Source of the DNA: an uncultured Actinomycetota bacterium
Lineage (GTDB): Bacteria; Actinomycetota; Actinomycetes; Propionibacteriales; Nocardioidaceae
Length of the DNA stretch: 64,000 nt
Assembly (NCBI GenBank): GCA_963733895.1
Contig: CAVTEY010000009.1
Span: 497,369 to 561,368 of the forward strand
Reading direction: 5' to 3'
The notes under the pieces are model-generated. The model did not search any database, was not told where the DNA came from, and saw nothing but the letters and a program-made list of their open reading frames with translations. Positions 37,818 to 50,863 of the stretch are shown one piece after another; position 1 is the stretch's first letter, and each line of letters begins with the position of its first letter. A program made the position numbers and the translations under genes.

Positions 37818-40499
37818 TCAGGCCTTCTTGGCCGTCTTCTTGGCGGTTTTCGCCTTCTTGGCGCCCTTCTTGGCGGTCGACTTCTTCGCCCCGCGCTTCG
37901 ACGCCTTCTTGGCCGGGCCGCGAGACCTCCGGTCCGCGAGCAATTCGGCAGCGCGCTCCAGCGTGATCGCCTCGACGGTGTCGTCCTTGCGCAACGTGGC
38001 GTTGTACTCGCCGTCGGTGACGTACTCACCGAACCGGCCGGCCTTCACCACCACCGGCTGGCCCGACACCGGGTCGTTGCCGAGCTCCTTGAGCGGCGCG
38101 GATGCCGACGCCCGTCCGCGCGCCTTGGGCTGCGCGTAGATCGCGAGGGCCTCGTCGAGAGTGATCGTGAACAGCTGCTCCTCGGTGACGAGCGAGCGCG
38201 AGTCGGTGCCCTTCTTCAGGTACGGCCCGTAGCGACCGTTCTGGGCGGTGATCTCGACGCCCTCGGCGTCGGTTCCGACCACGCGCGGCAGGGACAGCAG
38301 CTGGACGGCGTCCTCCAGGGAGATCGTGTCGAGGCTCATCGACTTGAAGAGCGACCCGGTCCGCGGCTTGGCCGACTTGGGTGCGTCCTCGGGCAGAGAC
38401 TCCGTGACGTAAGGCCCGAACCGCCCGTTCTTCGCCACCACCCGCAGTCCGGTCTCGGGATGCGTGCCGAGCTCGATCTCCTCGCCGGCCGGGTTGGCGA
38501 ACAGCTCCCGGGCCTTCTCCAGGGTCAGCTCGTCCGGGGGCAGGTCCTCCGGGACGTTGGCCCGCTTGCCCGCGGGGTTCCCGTCGTCGTCCGGACCCTC
38601 CAGGTACGGCCCGTACCGGCCCACCCGCAGCACGATTCCACTGTCGGCGTCGCCCACCGGGAAGGTGGCCATCTCCTTGGCGTCGATGTCGCCGAGCCCG
38701 GTGACGAGCGGGTGCAACCCCTTGACCCGGTCCGATCCGTAGTAGAACTCCGCAAGCTCGACCGCCCGCTCCTTGCGACCGGCTGCGATCTCGTCGAGCA
38801 CGTCCTCCATGCCCGCGGTGAACTCATAGGAGACCAGCCGCTCGAAGTGCTCCTCCAGCAGGCGGGTCACGGAGAAGGCCAGCCAGGCGGGCACCAGGGC
38901 GGTGCCCTTCTTGTAGACGTATCCACGGTCGATGATCGTCTTGATGATCGAGGCGTACGTCGAAGGGCGGCCGATCTCGCGCTCCTCGAGCTCCTTGATC
39001 AGGGTGGCCTCGGTGTACCGCGCAGGTGGCTTCGTCTCGTGGCCGGACGCGGTGACCGAGGCGGCCGAGACGGCGTCACCCTCAGTCAGCGCCGGCAGCC
39101 TGGTCTCGGTGTCGTCGCGGGTGGCCGAGGCGTCGTCGGTCCCCTCGACATAGGCCTTGAGGAACCCGTGGAAGGTGATCACCCGGCCACTCGCGGAGAA
39201 CACGACGTCCTCGCCGGAGGACGCGGCACCGCCGAGGCGGATGGTCACCGAGTGCCCGACAGCGTCCTTCATCTGCGAGGCGACCGTGCGCATCCAGATC
39301 AGCTCGTAGAGCCGGAACTGGTCGCCGGTCAGACCGGTCTGGGCAGGGGTGCGGAAGCTGTCGCCGGCCGGTCGGATCGCCTCGTGCGCCTCCTGGGCGT
39401 TCTTGACCTTGGAGGCGTAGACCCGCGGAGAGTCCGGCAGGTACTCCGCTCCGTACAGCTCGCGCACCTGCGAGCGCGCCGCTCCGACCGCGGCGCCGGA
39501 CAGCGTGGCCGAGTCGGTGCGCATGTAGGTGATGAAGCCGTTCTCGTACAGCCGCTGGGCGACCGACATCGTCATCGACGCGCTGAACCCCAGCTTGCGC
39601 GAGGCCTCCTGCTGCATGGTGGTGGTGCGGAACGGCGCGTACGGGGAGCGCCGGTAGGGCTTCGACTCGACCGAGCGGACGTCGTACGACGTGTCCTGGA
39701 GCGCCTCGACGAGCGCCTCGGCGCGGCTGCGGTCAAGGTGCACGATGCCCTCGCGCTTCTTGAGCAACCCGTCGGGACCGAAGTCGGAACCGCGGGCCAC
39801 CCGGGCGCCGTCGACGGCGTGGAGCTTGGCGGGGAACATCCGCTGGTCCTGGGTGCTGCCGGCGTCGAAGGTCCCTTCGAGGTCCCAGTACGACGCGACC
39901 TTGAACTTCATCCGATCCCGCTCACGGTCGACCACGAGCCGGGTCGCGACCGACTGGACCCGACCGGCGGAGAGGCCGGACATGACCTTCTTCCACAGGA
40001 CCGGGGAGACCTCGTAGCCGTAGAGGCGGTCCAGGATCCGGCGGGCCTCCTGGGCCTCGACCAGATCCATGTCGAGATCGCGCGGGTTGTCGGCGGCGGC
40101 CTGGATGGCGGGTTTAGTAATCTCGTGGAAGACCATCCGCTTGACCGGGATGTCCCCCGGCTTCAGCTCGTCGAGCAGGTGCCAGGCGATGGCCTCACCC
40201 TCGCGGTCCTCGTCGGTGGCGAGGTAGAGCTCGTCGGCGTCCTTCATGAGCCCCTTGAGCTTGCTGATGTGGCTCTTCTTGTCGCGCGGGACGACGTAGT
40301 AGGGCTCGAAGTCGTTCTCGACGTCGACCGCCAGCCGCCCCCACGGCTTGTCCTTGATCCTGGCCGGGGTGTCGGCAGCGTTGTTGGGCAGGTCCCGGAT
40401 GTGGCCGATGGAGGACTCGACGACGAAGCCCGCGCCGAGGTACTCCGCGATCTTGCGGGCCTTCGCCGGGGACTCGACGATCACCAACTTGTGTGCCAC
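37818..40499 (-). CDS. topA: DNA topoisomerase I
   Basis: LVIVESPAKA, ATDEDREGE, SAGRVQS, ITYMRTDS, GRFGPY repeats, Lys-rich tail. Confidence 0.99.
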   Translation of the reverse strand: MAHKLVIVESPAKARKIAEYLGAGFVVESSIGHIRDLPNNAADTPARIKDKPWGRLAVDVENDFEPYYVVPRDKKSHISKLKGLMKDADELYLATDEDREGEAIAWHLLDELKPGDIPVKRMVFHEITKPAIQAAADNPRDLDMDLVEAQEARRILDRLYGYEVSPVLWKKVMSGLSAGRVQSVATRLVVDRERDRMKFKVASYWDLEGTFDAGSTQDQRMFPAKLHAVDGARVARGSDFGPDGLLKKREGIVHLDRSRAEALVEALQDTSYDVRSVESKPYRRSPYAPFRTTTMQQEASRKLGFSASMTMSVAQRLYENGFITYMRTDSATLSGAAVGAARSQVRELYGAEYLPDSPRVYASKVKNAQEAHEAIRPAGDSFRTPAQTGLTGDQFRLYELIWMRTVASQMKDAVGHSVTIRLGGAASSGEDVVFSASGRVITFHGFLKAYVEGTDDASATRDDTETRLPALTEGDAVSAASVTASGHETKPPARYTEATLIKELEEREIGRPSTYASIIKTIIDRGYVYKKGTALVPAWLAFSVTRLLEEHFERLVSYEFTAGMEDVLDEIAAGRKERAVELAEFYYGSDRVKGLHPLVTGLGDIDAKEMATFPVGDADSGIVLRVGRYGPYLEGPDDDGNPAGKRANVPEDLPPDELTLEKARELFANPAGEEIELGTHPETGLRVVAKNGRFGPYVTESLPEDAPKSAKPRTGSLFKSMSLDTISLEDAVQLLSLPRVVGTDAEGVEITAQNGRYGPYLKKGTDSRSLVTEEQLFTITLDEALAIYAQPKARGRASASAPLKELGNDPVSGQPVVVKAGRFGEYVTDGEYNATLRKDDTVEAITLERAAELLADRRSRGPAKKASKRGAKKSTAKKGAKKAKTAKKTAKKA

Positions 40500-40610
40500 T
40501 GGACTGGATGCTCCTGCCGTTCCTTGCCTCATCATCACCCCCCACCGGGGCTCAGCGCCGAACACGGTAGCGCGTCGTCGGAGGAACCTCCCCACGGCGG
40601 TGCGCTGGGC

Positions 40611-41375
40611 TCAGGTCCCGAGCGCCGCCCTGGTCTCCGCGTCGGCGGGGTAGAACGCCTCGATGGCGAGCTCCGAGACCGTCACCTCCCGCGGGGTGCC
40701 GAACACCGTCGTCGTGGAGACGAAGGAAAGGTCCGGGCCGTCCCCGCGCAGGCGCAGGGGCACCACGATCTCGGGAACCGCCTCCGGGCCCAACGCTGGA
40801 GAACGGGGACCCTCACCGAGCTCGTCGAGCAGGGCCCGCAGCCGCGACGACCCGCTCGCGTCGTACTCCCGCTCGATGCGGTGCAGCAGATGCGCCCGCC
40901 ACTGGGCGAGGTTTGCGATCCGCGGGGCCAGACCTTCCGGGTCGAGCGAGAGCCGCACGACGTTGACCGGGGGTTCGAGGACGTGCGCGGGCAGGCCGTC
41001 CAGGAGCCGGTAGGCCGCCTCGTTCGCCGCCACGAGGTCCCATCCCCCGTCGATGACGATCGCCGGGAACGGTTCGTGCCCCTTGAACATGGCGTCGATC
41101 GCCACGTGGACGGACGCCATGGCCGGGGCATCGAGCGAGTGCTCGGGATGGGCCGGCGCGAAACCGCCCGCCAGGAGCAGCCGGTTCTGCTCACGGAGCG
41201 GCACGTCCAGGTGGTCGCACAGCCGCAGGATCATCCGACTGGTCGGGCGTGAACGCCCGTTCTCGATGAAGCTGACGTGCCGCGGTGAGACGCCCGCCCG
41301 GTGCGCCAGGTCAAGCTGGGACAGGTGCCGCCGGCGCCGCCAGTGGCGGATCAATCCGCCCGCCGTCTCGGTCAT
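40611..41375 (-). CDS. XRE/MmyB-like transcriptional regulator
   Basis: WRRRRHLSQLDLA, HVSFIENGRSRP, LLLAGGFAP, TTVFGTP, ELAIEAFYPAD. Confidence 0.92.
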   Translation of the reverse strand: MTETAGGLIRHWRRRRHLSQLDLAHRAGVSPRHVSFIENGRSRPTSRMILRLCDHLDVPLREQNRLLLAGGFAPAHPEHSLDAPAMASVHVAIDAMFKGHEPFPAIVIDGGWDLVAANEAAYRLLDGLPAHVLEPPVNVVRLSLDPEGLAPRIANLAQWRAHLLHRIEREYDASGSSRLRALLDELGEGPRSPALGPEAVPEIVVPLRLRGDGPDLSFVSTTTVFGTPREVTVSELAIEAFYPADAETRAALGT

Positions 41376-41410
41376 GCGCGCCAACGTACGCCGGGTGCGG
41401 ACCACGGCAC

Positions 41411-41427
41411 ATGACCTCCGAGGTAAT
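41411..41427. promoter_or_regulatory. Palindromic operator between the XRE and DUF1330 genes
   Basis: ATGACCT-CCG-AGGTAAT imperfect palindrome in the divergent intergenic region. Confidence 0.55.
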
Positions 41428-41504
41428 CGACGCGGGTACCCCGGTCGCCGAGGCTTGGTGGCCCCGGCTCGACACCGAGCCGACCCCACGAGAAGGAGAC
41501 CCCG

Positions 41505-41849
41505 ATGGACACCACTGCCTACGCCGTCGCCTACCTGCGCAACGTCGACGTCGGAGACGAGATCGTCGAGTACCTGCAGCGCATCGACGCCACACTGTCG
41601 CCGTACGGCGGCCGGTTCCTGGTACACGGCGGCGAGCTGACCCCGGCCGAGGGGACCTGGGACGGCGACCTCGTGATCATCGAGTTCCCGAGCGCCGCGG
41701 CGGCGCAGGAGTGGTACGTCTCCCCTGCCTACCAGCAGATCCTGCCGCTCCGGCTCGAGCACAGCGACTCGATGGCGACCCTGGTGCAGGGCGTGCCCGA
41801 CGGCTACCAGGCAACAGACAAGATTGCCGAGCTGCTGTCCGCGCGCTGA
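41505..41849 (+). CDS. DUF1330 protein
   Basis: YGGRFLVHGG, EGTW, IIEFPS, WYVSPAYQ; AAGGAG SD. Confidence 0.92.
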   Translation: MDTTAYAVAYLRNVDVGDEIVEYLQRIDATLSPYGGRFLVHGGELTPAEGTWDGDLVIIEFPSAAAAQEWYVSPAYQQILPLRLEHSDSMATLVQGVPDGYQATDKIAELLSAR

Positions 41850-43301
41850 CTACTGGCCGGCTTCCAGGTAGCCCTCGCGCACCATTTCCGCCGCGACCGG
41901 CAGGTACGTCGAGCGCAGCTCGTCGGCGTCCCGGTCCAGGAGGTGGGCGAGGGCGTCGAGGATCTGCCCGAGGCTCAAGTCGCCGTCGCAGGCTCCGACG
42001 AGCGCGGCCTCGACGGTGTCGGCCCGCCGGGCCCGCATCAGGCCCCGCTGCTGCCGCAGCACCAGCGTGGTCGGGTCCTCGGCACCGGGGCTGCCCGTGG
42101 TCTCCTGCACGACGTCGTCCCGGCGGAGCAACGTGTCGTCGAGGCCGACGTCCTGGTGGATCGCCCTCCCCCACTGCAGGATCGCCGGTGCGACCGGCTG
42201 CTCGACGGGGTGCGGCCAGTCGAGGAAGGTACGGGTGCCCGACGGTCCCCGCCGCAGGTTGATCCAGCCGAAGCCCACCGCCTCGACGCCGAGCCCCTCG
42301 AACCACCCGAGCCAGGCGTCGTACCGCTCCAGGTAGTGGGCGGAGCCGTGCAGTCCGGCGTCCTTGAGCCACAGCTCGACGTAAGCCGCCGGGTCGATCA
42401 CCTCGCGCTGCACCACGAACGCCTCACACTCAGCGCTCAGCCACGACCCGAGCCGCTCCTCCCACGGCTCGTCGCTCGTGATCACCCAGTTGGCCAGGAC
42501 CTGGCACCAGCCGCCGTCGACCAGGTGCGCCGGGGCGGCACGCACGATGCCCTCGACGGCTTGGTCGCCGGGGAGGCCTGAGTCGCGGTACACCAGTCGT
42601 CGCTGGTCGGTCGCCGGGGAGATGACGAACGGCGGATTCGTGGTGATCAGGTCGAAGGTCTCGCCCTCGACCGGCGCGAAGAACGACCCCTCCCGAAGCT
42701 CGATTCCGGCCCCAGCGTTCCGGCCAGCGTTCAGATCAGCGTTCAGCCGGGCGAGGCGCAGGGCCCGCGGGTTCACGTCGGTGGCCACCACGTGGCCGCT
42801 GTGCTCGGAGAGGTGCAGCGCCTGGACGCCGCATCCCGTGCCCAGGTCGAGGGACCGCTCCACCGGCTCACGGATCGTGAGCTGGGCCAGGGACGTCGAG
42901 GCGGCACTGATCCCGAGGACGTGGTCGACCCCCACCCGGCTGCTGCTGCCGTCGAGGCCGGGGGTCAGGTCGCTGATGACCCACAGATCACGTTCCCCCG
43001 CGGCGTAGGGCCGGACGTCGAGGCGCGCGACGACGTCCGCGGCCGTCTGCTCCACGACGCCCTCGGCCGCGAGCGACCCGAGCAGCCCGGTCAGCGCGCG
43101 CTCGGCAGCCGTGCGCGGGACCGGGGCCTGGAGCAGGAACAGCCTGGTCAGGGTCTCGACCGGCGATCCACCGGTCGTCCGCCGGATCCCCGGCGTGGTC
43201 TCGTTGCGGGCGAGTGCGTCGTGCGCCTCACGACCGAGGAGCCCGGCCACGCCGTCGTAGGTGTAGCCGGCGTCCACCAATGCCGCGCGCAGCTCGTTCA
43301 T
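41850..43301 (-). CDS. Class I SAM methyltransferase (NPPF type)
   Basis: LDLGTGCGVQ, FDLITTNPPFVISP, YRDSG; start 43301 or 43319. Confidence 0.88.
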   Translation of the reverse strand: MNELRAALVDAGYTYDGVAGLLGREAHDALARNETTPGIRRTTGGSPVETLTRLFLLQAPVPRTAAERALTGLLGSLAAEGVVEQTAADVVARLDVRPYAAGERDLWVISDLTPGLDGSSSRVGVDHVLGISAASTSLAQLTIREPVERSLDLGTGCGVQALHLSEHSGHVVATDVNPRALRLARLNADLNAGRNAGAGIELREGSFFAPVEGETFDLITTNPPFVISPATDQRRLVYRDSGLPGDQAVEGIVRAAPAHLVDGGWCQVLANWVITSDEPWEERLGSWLSAECEAFVVQREVIDPAAYVELWLKDAGLHGSAHYLERYDAWLGWFEGLGVEAVGFGWINLRRGPSGTRTFLDWPHPVEQPVAPAILQWGRAIHQDVGLDDTLLRRDDVVQETTGSPGAEDPTTLVLRQQRGLMRARRADTVEAALVGACDGDLSLGQILDALAHLLDRDADELRSTYLPVAAEMVREGYLEAGQ

Positions 43302-43348
43302 CAGGACGCCACCGCTCACCCGAGGCATCCTCGCACCGGCCCCCGAAA

Positions 43349-43385
43349 CACGCTGACCCGTCAGAGACTCTGACGGGTCAGCGTG
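43349..43385. terminator. Perfect 18-bp inverted repeat downstream of hppA
   Basis: CACGCTGACCCGTCAGAG-A-CTCTGACGGGTCAGCGTG. Confidence 0.8.
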
Positions 43386-43395
43386 GTTGCTGGTG

Positions 43396-45792
<2,397 letters not shown>

Positions 45793-45913
45793 GTGCGTCC
45801 TCCTGGGAGTGAGTCAGATCTCACGAACGACGCGGAGTCTACGCAGGCCGATCCGGGGTTGGTCACACAGGTGTGAGGCGACGCACACGAGTCGGACCCG
45901 AAGGTCGACGCGG

Positions 45914-46252
45914 TCAGTGCGCCGCGAGCGCGGCGTCGGCCGAGTCGTGGATGACGAAGACCTTCGCCAGCCCCGTGATCCGGAAGATCTTGAGCAGGCG
46001 GTCCTGACTGCAGACGAGCTGGAGCGAGCCGTCGTGGGCACGCACCTTCTTCAGGCCACCGACCAGGACACCGAGCCCGGTGGAGTCGAGGAACTCCACG
46101 GCGGTCATGTCCACGACGATGTCGTAGACGCCCGCCGCCACGAGCTCGGTGATCTTGTCGCGCAGCTTGGGGGCCGTGTAGACGTCGATCTCGCCTCCGA
46201 CGGCAACGACGGTCCGGCCGTCGACGTCGCGAGTCGAAAGAGTCAGGTCCAC
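45914..46252 (-). CDS. bldG: STAS anti-anti-sigma factor (BldG-like)
   Basis: [35 protein letters not shown]; position between hppA and the helicase. Confidence 0.9.
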   Translation of the reverse strand: MDLTLSTRDVDGRTVVAVGGEIDVYTAPKLRDKITELVAAGVYDIVVDMTAVEFLDSTGLGVLVGGLKKVRAHDGSLQLVCSQDRLLKIFRITGLAKVFVIHDSADAALAAH

Positions 46253-46443
46253 GGTGTCTCCCATTGAGGCTCCGGGGCGCGGTGCCGAGTCACCATCACC
46301 CCGTAAGCCGAAAGCATTACGGGCAATATGAAACCACGCGCATGCCCAGCCTGCCGAATGTTCCCCAAGTCTCGGGAGAAAGACAACCCCGGCGCGCCGG
46401 TTCCGGCGGCCGGCCTGTCCACGGCCTTTGCCAGACTTCCGGT

Positions 46444-48786
46444 GTGGACAGCACGGCCGGGCACCGACGACTCCCCGTCGCGGAACTGGTGGACAGGCTG
46501 ACGTCGGTCCCGGGCCGGGCCGACCGGCTCACGCACCTGGAGATCTTGCCTCCCCGCCAGGCCGTCCTTACCGAGTGGCCGGGCTGGGTGCCGGACGACG
46601 TGCGCTCGGCGTACATCCGCCACGGTGTCGTCCAGCCGTGGCGACACCAGGCGGCGGCCGCGGACGCCGCCCACGCAGGCACCCACGTCGTCCTGGCCAC
46701 CGGCACGGCCTCCGGCAAGTCCCTCGCCTACCAGCTGCCGACCCTGGCCGCGATCCGTGGTGCCCGGGGTCCACTGGACCAGCGCGGAGCGACTGTCCTG
46801 TACGTCGCCCCGACCAAGGCGCTCGCCCACGACCAGTTCTCCGGGCTGGAGGCGCTCGGTCTCGACGTCCGGATCACCACGCACGACGGCGACAGCCCCC
46901 GGGAGCAACGCGAATGGGCCCGCGACCATGGCGAGTACGTCCTCACCAACCCGGACATGCTCCACCACTCACTGCTACCCACCCACTACCGGTGGGCGTC
47001 GTTCCTCGGCTCCCTGGAGTACGTGGTGATCGACGAGTGCCACCACTACCGCGGCGTGTTCGGCGCCCACGTGGCGCACGTCCTGCGACGCCTGCGGCGG
47101 GTCTGTGCGCTGTACGGCGCCCGTCCTACGTTCGTCCTCGCCTCCGCCACCATCGCCGATCCTGCCACCACGGCGTCCGCGCTGACCGGGCTCGACGTGC
47201 AGGCGATCACCGCCGATGGCTCACCCCGGGGTCAGGTCTCGCTGGCCCTCTGGGAGCCGCCGTTCACGTCGTACGCCGGCGAGAACGGCGCCCCCGTCAG
47301 GCGCGCGGCCTCCTCGGAGACCGCCGACCTGCTCGCGGACCTCGTGGCCGAGGACGTCCGGACCCTGGCGTTCATCCGGTCCCGCCGCGGCGCGGAGCAG
47401 GTGGCGATGTCGGCCGCGGCCCAGCTCGAGGAGGTCGACGCGTCTCTGCCGAGCCGGGTCGCCGCGTATCGGGGCGGCTACCTCCCGGAGGAGCGACGAA
47501 CGATCGAGCAGGCTCTCCGGAGCGGCGAGCTGGTCGGTCTCGCGGCCACCAACGCCCTCGAGCTCGGCATCGACATCGCCGGCCTGGACGCCGTCCTCAT
47601 GGCCGGCTTCCCCGGGACCCGCGCGGCCCTGTGGCAGCAGGTCGGCCGAGCCGGACGGGGCGCGCAGGACGCTCTGGCCATCCTGGTGGCGCGCGACGAC
47701 CCGCTCGACACCTATCTCGTGAACCACCCAGACGCCCTGCTCGGGCGTCCCGTGGAGGCGACGGTCTTCGATCCGACGAACCCGGTCGTGCTGGGCCCCC
47801 ACCTCTGCGCGGCGGCGCACGAGTCGCCCCTCGTGGAGGCCGACCTGGCGCTCTTTGGACCCACGGCACCGGCCGTCCTCGACGAGCTGACCGCCGCCGG
47901 CCTGTTGCGCCGACGCCCGCGCGGCTGGTTCTGGACCGACCGGAGCTGGGCGGCCGACCTCGCCGACCTCCGGTCGACTGGCGGCGCGCCCATCCACCTC
48001 GTGGAGGAGTCCACCGGCCGGGTCGTCGGCACCGTCGACGCGTCGAGCGCCCACGGGACGGCCCACCCCGGAGCCGTCTACGTGCACCAGGGCGCCACCT
48101 GGCTGGTGCTGTCGCTCGACCTCGACGAGCGGGTCGCCGTCATCGTCGCGGCCGAGCCGAACTACTCGACCTCCGCGAGGGAGCTCACGGACATCACGGT
48201 GGTATCCGAGCGCGAACACCGGGTGTGGGGCGGCAGCCGGTTGTCGTTCGGTGACGTCGAGGTCTCCCACCAGGTGGTGTCGTACCTGAAACGTCGACAG
48301 CCATCGGGCGAGGTGATCGGCGAGGAGCCGCTCGACCTGCCCGAGCGCACGCTTCGCACTCGCGCGGTCTGGTGGGCCGTCCCCGACCACGTGCTCGAGG
48401 CAGCCGGGCTGACCCGGCACGACCTGCCGGGCGCGGCGCACGCCGCCGAACACTGCTCGATCGGCCTGCTCCCCCTGTTCGCGACCTGCGACCGCTGGGA
48501 CATCGGCGGTGTCTCCACCGCCGTACACCCGGACACCGGTCAGCTGACGGTGTTCGTGTACGACGGCCATGCAGGTGGGGCCGGCTTCGCCGAGCGCGGC
48601 TTCCGGGCCGCGGTCTCGTGGTTGACCGCGACTCGGGACACGATTGCCGCCTGCGAGTGCACCGACGGCTGCCCGTCGTGCATCCAGTCGCCCAAGTGCG
48701 GCAACCAGAACAACCCGCTCGACAAGGAGGGCGCCGTGGCCCTCCTGGACGTGCTGCTGGAGCCGGTGGCGGGTGGCGCCGGGTAG
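46444..48786 (+). CDS. DEAD/DEAH helicase with DUF1998 (SftH/MrfA/Hrq1-like)
   Basis: [39 protein letters not shown]. Confidence 0.96.
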   Translation: MDSTAGHRRLPVAELVDRLTSVPGRADRLTHLEILPPRQAVLTEWPGWVPDDVRSAYIRHGVVQPWRHQAAAADAAHAGTHVVLATGTASGKSLAYQLPTLAAIRGARGPLDQRGATVLYVAPTKALAHDQFSGLEALGLDVRITTHDGDSPREQREWARDHGEYVLTNPDMLHHSLLPTHYRWASFLGSLEYVVIDECHHYRGVFGAHVAHVLRRLRRVCALYGARPTFVLASATIADPATTASALTGLDVQAITADGSPRGQVSLALWEPPFTSYAGENGAPVRRAASSETADLLADLVAEDVRTLAFIRSRRGAEQVAMSAAAQLEEVDASLPSRVAAYRGGYLPEERRTIEQALRSGELVGLAATNALELGIDIAGLDAVLMAGFPGTRAALWQQVGRAGRGAQDALAILVARDDPLDTYLVNHPDALLGRPVEATVFDPTNPVVLGPHLCAAAHESPLVEADLALFGPTAPAVLDELTAAGLLRRRPRGWFWTDRSWAADLADLRSTGGAPIHLVEESTGRVVGTVDASSAHGTAHPGAVYVHQGATWLVLSLDLDERVAVIVAAEPNYSTSARELTDITVVSEREHRVWGGSRLSFGDVEVSHQVVSYLKRRQPSGEVIGEEPLDLPERTLRTRAVWWAVPDHVLEAAGLTRHDLPGAAHAAEHCSIGLLPLFATCDRWDIGGVSTAVHPDTGQLTVFVYDGHAGGAGFAERGFRAAVSWLTATRDTIAACECTDGCPSCIQSPKCGNQNNPLDKEGAVALLDVLLEPVAGGAG

Positions 48787-48805
48787 ACCGCCCTATGCTC
48801 GGCCC

Positions 48806-49099
48806 ATGTTCATCCTCGGTGTTCTCCTCATCGCAGCAGGCGTCATCGTCATCGTCGGGGCAGTCGTCGACCTGGACGGGTCGGCCGAGCTGCTGGGTAC
48901 CGACCTCGGCGCCCTGACCGTGTTCCTGCTCGGGGTGGCCGCGGGCGTCGCGATCCTGTGGGGCTTTGCCATCGCGAAGTTCGGTGCCAGGAAGACCCTC
49001 GAGCGCCGACGCGAGCACAAGCAGCTGGGTGAGCTGTCGGAGAAGCTGGACCGGGTGGAGGCCGAGCGGCGCGGCGAGGGCGACGACCAGAGGGCCTGA
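48806..49099 (+). CDS. Small 2-TM membrane protein with a charged tail
   Basis: TATGCT-N6-ATG leaderless; two hydrophobic helices. Confidence 0.75.
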   Translation: MFILGVLLIAAGVIVIVGAVVDLDGSAELLGTDLGALTVFLLGVAAGVAILWGFAIAKFGARKTLERRREHKQLGELSEKLDRVEAERRGEGDDQRA

Positions 49100-49117
49100 G
49101 GCGAAACCGCGTCGGAT

Positions 49118-49459
49118 TCATCGTGGGCCGGCCCGGGCAGTCCCGGGAAGGTCGACGTCGGGTCCGAGCCAGTCGGGCCCGGGGACGGTCACCCCGACCA
49201 CCACGTCGGAGCCGACCACCCGGCAGGACGCGACCGAGGCGCCGTTGGCGTCCGCGATCCCACCCGCTGCCGCGCACGGATCACCACCGCGCTGGAGTGC
49301 GGTCGCTGCGGCGAGCGCCGCGAGATCGGCAGCGGCCGCGGCCATCCGGTGCGCCCGCACCATGGCCGCGACCACGCCCAGCGCTGCTCCCAGCACCAGG
49401 AGCAGGGCCAGACACGCGACGGCGAAGAGGCTGGCGGCGCCGCGATCACCGCGGTTCAC
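49118..49459 (-). CDS. Rv3654c-like TadE family pseudopilin
   Basis: DRGAAS cleavage-type motif, AAADLAALAAA, paired Cys. Confidence 0.88.
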   Translation of the reverse strand: MNRGDRGAASLFAVACLALLLVLGAALGVVAAMVRAHRMAAAAADLAALAAATALQRGGDPCAAAGGIADANGASVASCRVVGSDVVVGVTVPGPDWLGPDVDLPGTARAGPR

Positions 49460-49821
49460 GCCGGCTCCTCCTCCGCGACGGACACCGTCTGGGCGTGCAG
49501 ATGGACCGCCGGCAGGAAGTCGAAGAGTCCGCCAGGTCCGGCCACCTCCCCCGTCACGGTGACCCGCACCTCGCCGGAACCACTCGACACCGCGATCCGG
49601 ACGCCATCGGGAGCTATCCGCTGCCCGGCGGCGACCGCCTCGCCGGTCGAGTCGCCGCGGGCCACGGCGCGAGCGGTCTCCCGCGCCGCGTCGACGGCCC
49701 GCAGCTGGTCCGCCCCGATCGCCAGCAGCCAGACGAGGCCGATGGTCACGGCGACGAGCAGTGGCAGCGACATCGCCAGCTCGGCGGTGACCGCGCCCCG
49801 CTCGGGCCTTTGCCTGGTCAT
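49456..49821 (-). CDS. tadE: TadE family minor pilin (Rv3655c-like)
   Basis: ERGAVTAELA prepilin motif, DAARETARAVARG. Confidence 0.9.
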   Translation of the reverse strand: MTRQRPERGAVTAELAMSLPLLVAVTIGLVWLLAIGADQLRAVDAARETARAVARGDSTGEAVAAGQRIAPDGVRIAVSSGSGEVRVTVTGEVAGPGGLFDFLPAVHLHAQTVSVAEEEPA

Positions 49822-49997
49822 CCGATCCCCAGCAACCCCAGGACGTGGTCGAAGAGCTTGCGCAGCAGCTGGTCGCCGAACCCGCCGGTGAGCAGCTTGT
49901 AGAGCAGGCCGGCGAGGCCGGCACCGGCCGCCGTGCCGACGGCGTACTCCGCAGTGGTGATCCCTCGCTCGTCCGTCGAGCTCTGGCGCTGGTTCAT
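49818..49997 (-). CDS. DUF4244 Flp-type major pilin
   Basis: DERGITTAEYAVG (G|xxxxEY); GAAGGAG SD. Confidence 0.92.
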   Translation of the reverse strand: MNQRQSSTDERGITTAEYAVGTAAGAGLAGLLYKLLTGGFGDQLLRKLFDHVLGLLGIG

Positions 49998-50088
49998 CGT
50001 GACTCCTTCCCACCCGCTCACCCGTTGCGAGCGGCTCGCGGTGAACTCTTGCCGGGTTTGCGCCGTGGCGACGGGCCGCCCTGAGCGA

Positions 50089-50128
50089 CTGTGGACGACC
50101 GCGACCGCACCAGTGGCGGTGCACGGTT
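50089..50128 (-). promoter_or_regulatory. Bipartite motif upstream of the Flp pilin gene (shared with ssd)
   Basis: Plus-strand CTGTGGACGAC-N19-GTGCACGGTT. Confidence 0.55.
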
Positions 50129-50137
50129 CGTGGCCGG

Positions 50138-50863
50138 TCACAGGCCGAGACCGGACACGAGACCCGCGACGAGCGGCACGATCCCGAGCAGCAGGAACGA
50201 GGGCAGCAGGCAGAGACCCAGCGGCAGCGCCGCCTTGACTCCGACGGCGCGGGCCCGCTCCTCCACGGCGGCTCTCGCCGACCTGGCCAGCTCATCGGCA
50301 AGGCGCTCGATCGTAGCCACCACCGGCGCCCCCGTGCGGTGCGACCTCGCCAGGGCTCGACCGAGCGGCGCCAGCTCCTGGTCGGCCGAGAGCGACTCCC
50401 AGACCCGGGCCGGATCCACGCCGAGGGCGAGCCGGCCGACGACTGCTGAGAGCCGGTCCGCGGCGGCCCCGGGGAGTGCCGCGCAGGCCATCCGGACGGC
50501 ATCACCGGGCGCGGCTCCGCTGCGCAGGGTCGACGCCAGGAGGTTCACCAGGTGGGGCAGGTCGCGGCGCACCTCGGCGCGACCTCGGCGCACGGCGGGC
50601 GGCTCGACCCGGCCGATGAACCACCAGGCCGCGACCCCGGACAGCACCCCGATCGCGGCTCCGGCGGCACCGCCCACGAACCCGAACCCGCCCAGTCCAG
50701 CCAGGGCCGCGAGGACCGGACGCCACCGTCGCATCCATCCGGGATCGGACAGAGGGGCCACGGTGAGATCCGGCCGGGGCTCGGGCACTGCCACCGACCG
50801 GGGCCGGGGTGCCACGAGCAGGCCAGCGGCGACGGCAGCCACCAGGCCGACGACCATGCTCAT
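50138..50863 (-). CDS. tadC: TadC (T2SSF family)
   Basis: LRSGA, TGAPV, VKAALPLGLCLLPSF. Confidence 0.9.
   Translation of the reverse strand: MSMVVGLVAAVAAGLLVAPRPRSVAVPEPRPDLTVAPLSDPGWMRRWRPVLAALAGLGGFGFVGGAAGAAIGVLSGVAAWWFIGRVEPPAVRRGRAEVRRDLPHLVNLLASTLRSGAAPGDAVRMACAALPGAAADRLSAVVGRLALGVDPARVWESLSADQELAPLGRALARSHRTGAPVVATIERLADELARSARAAVEERARAVGVKAALPLGLCLLPSFLLLGIVPLVAGLVSGLGL

Noticed and set aside
37791-41252. 1153-aa plus-strand ORF and similar long ORFs (43387-45876, 14042-15748, 59048-60703, 27656-29440)
   Set aside because: Antisense or off-frame shadows of real high-GC3 genes; no motifs
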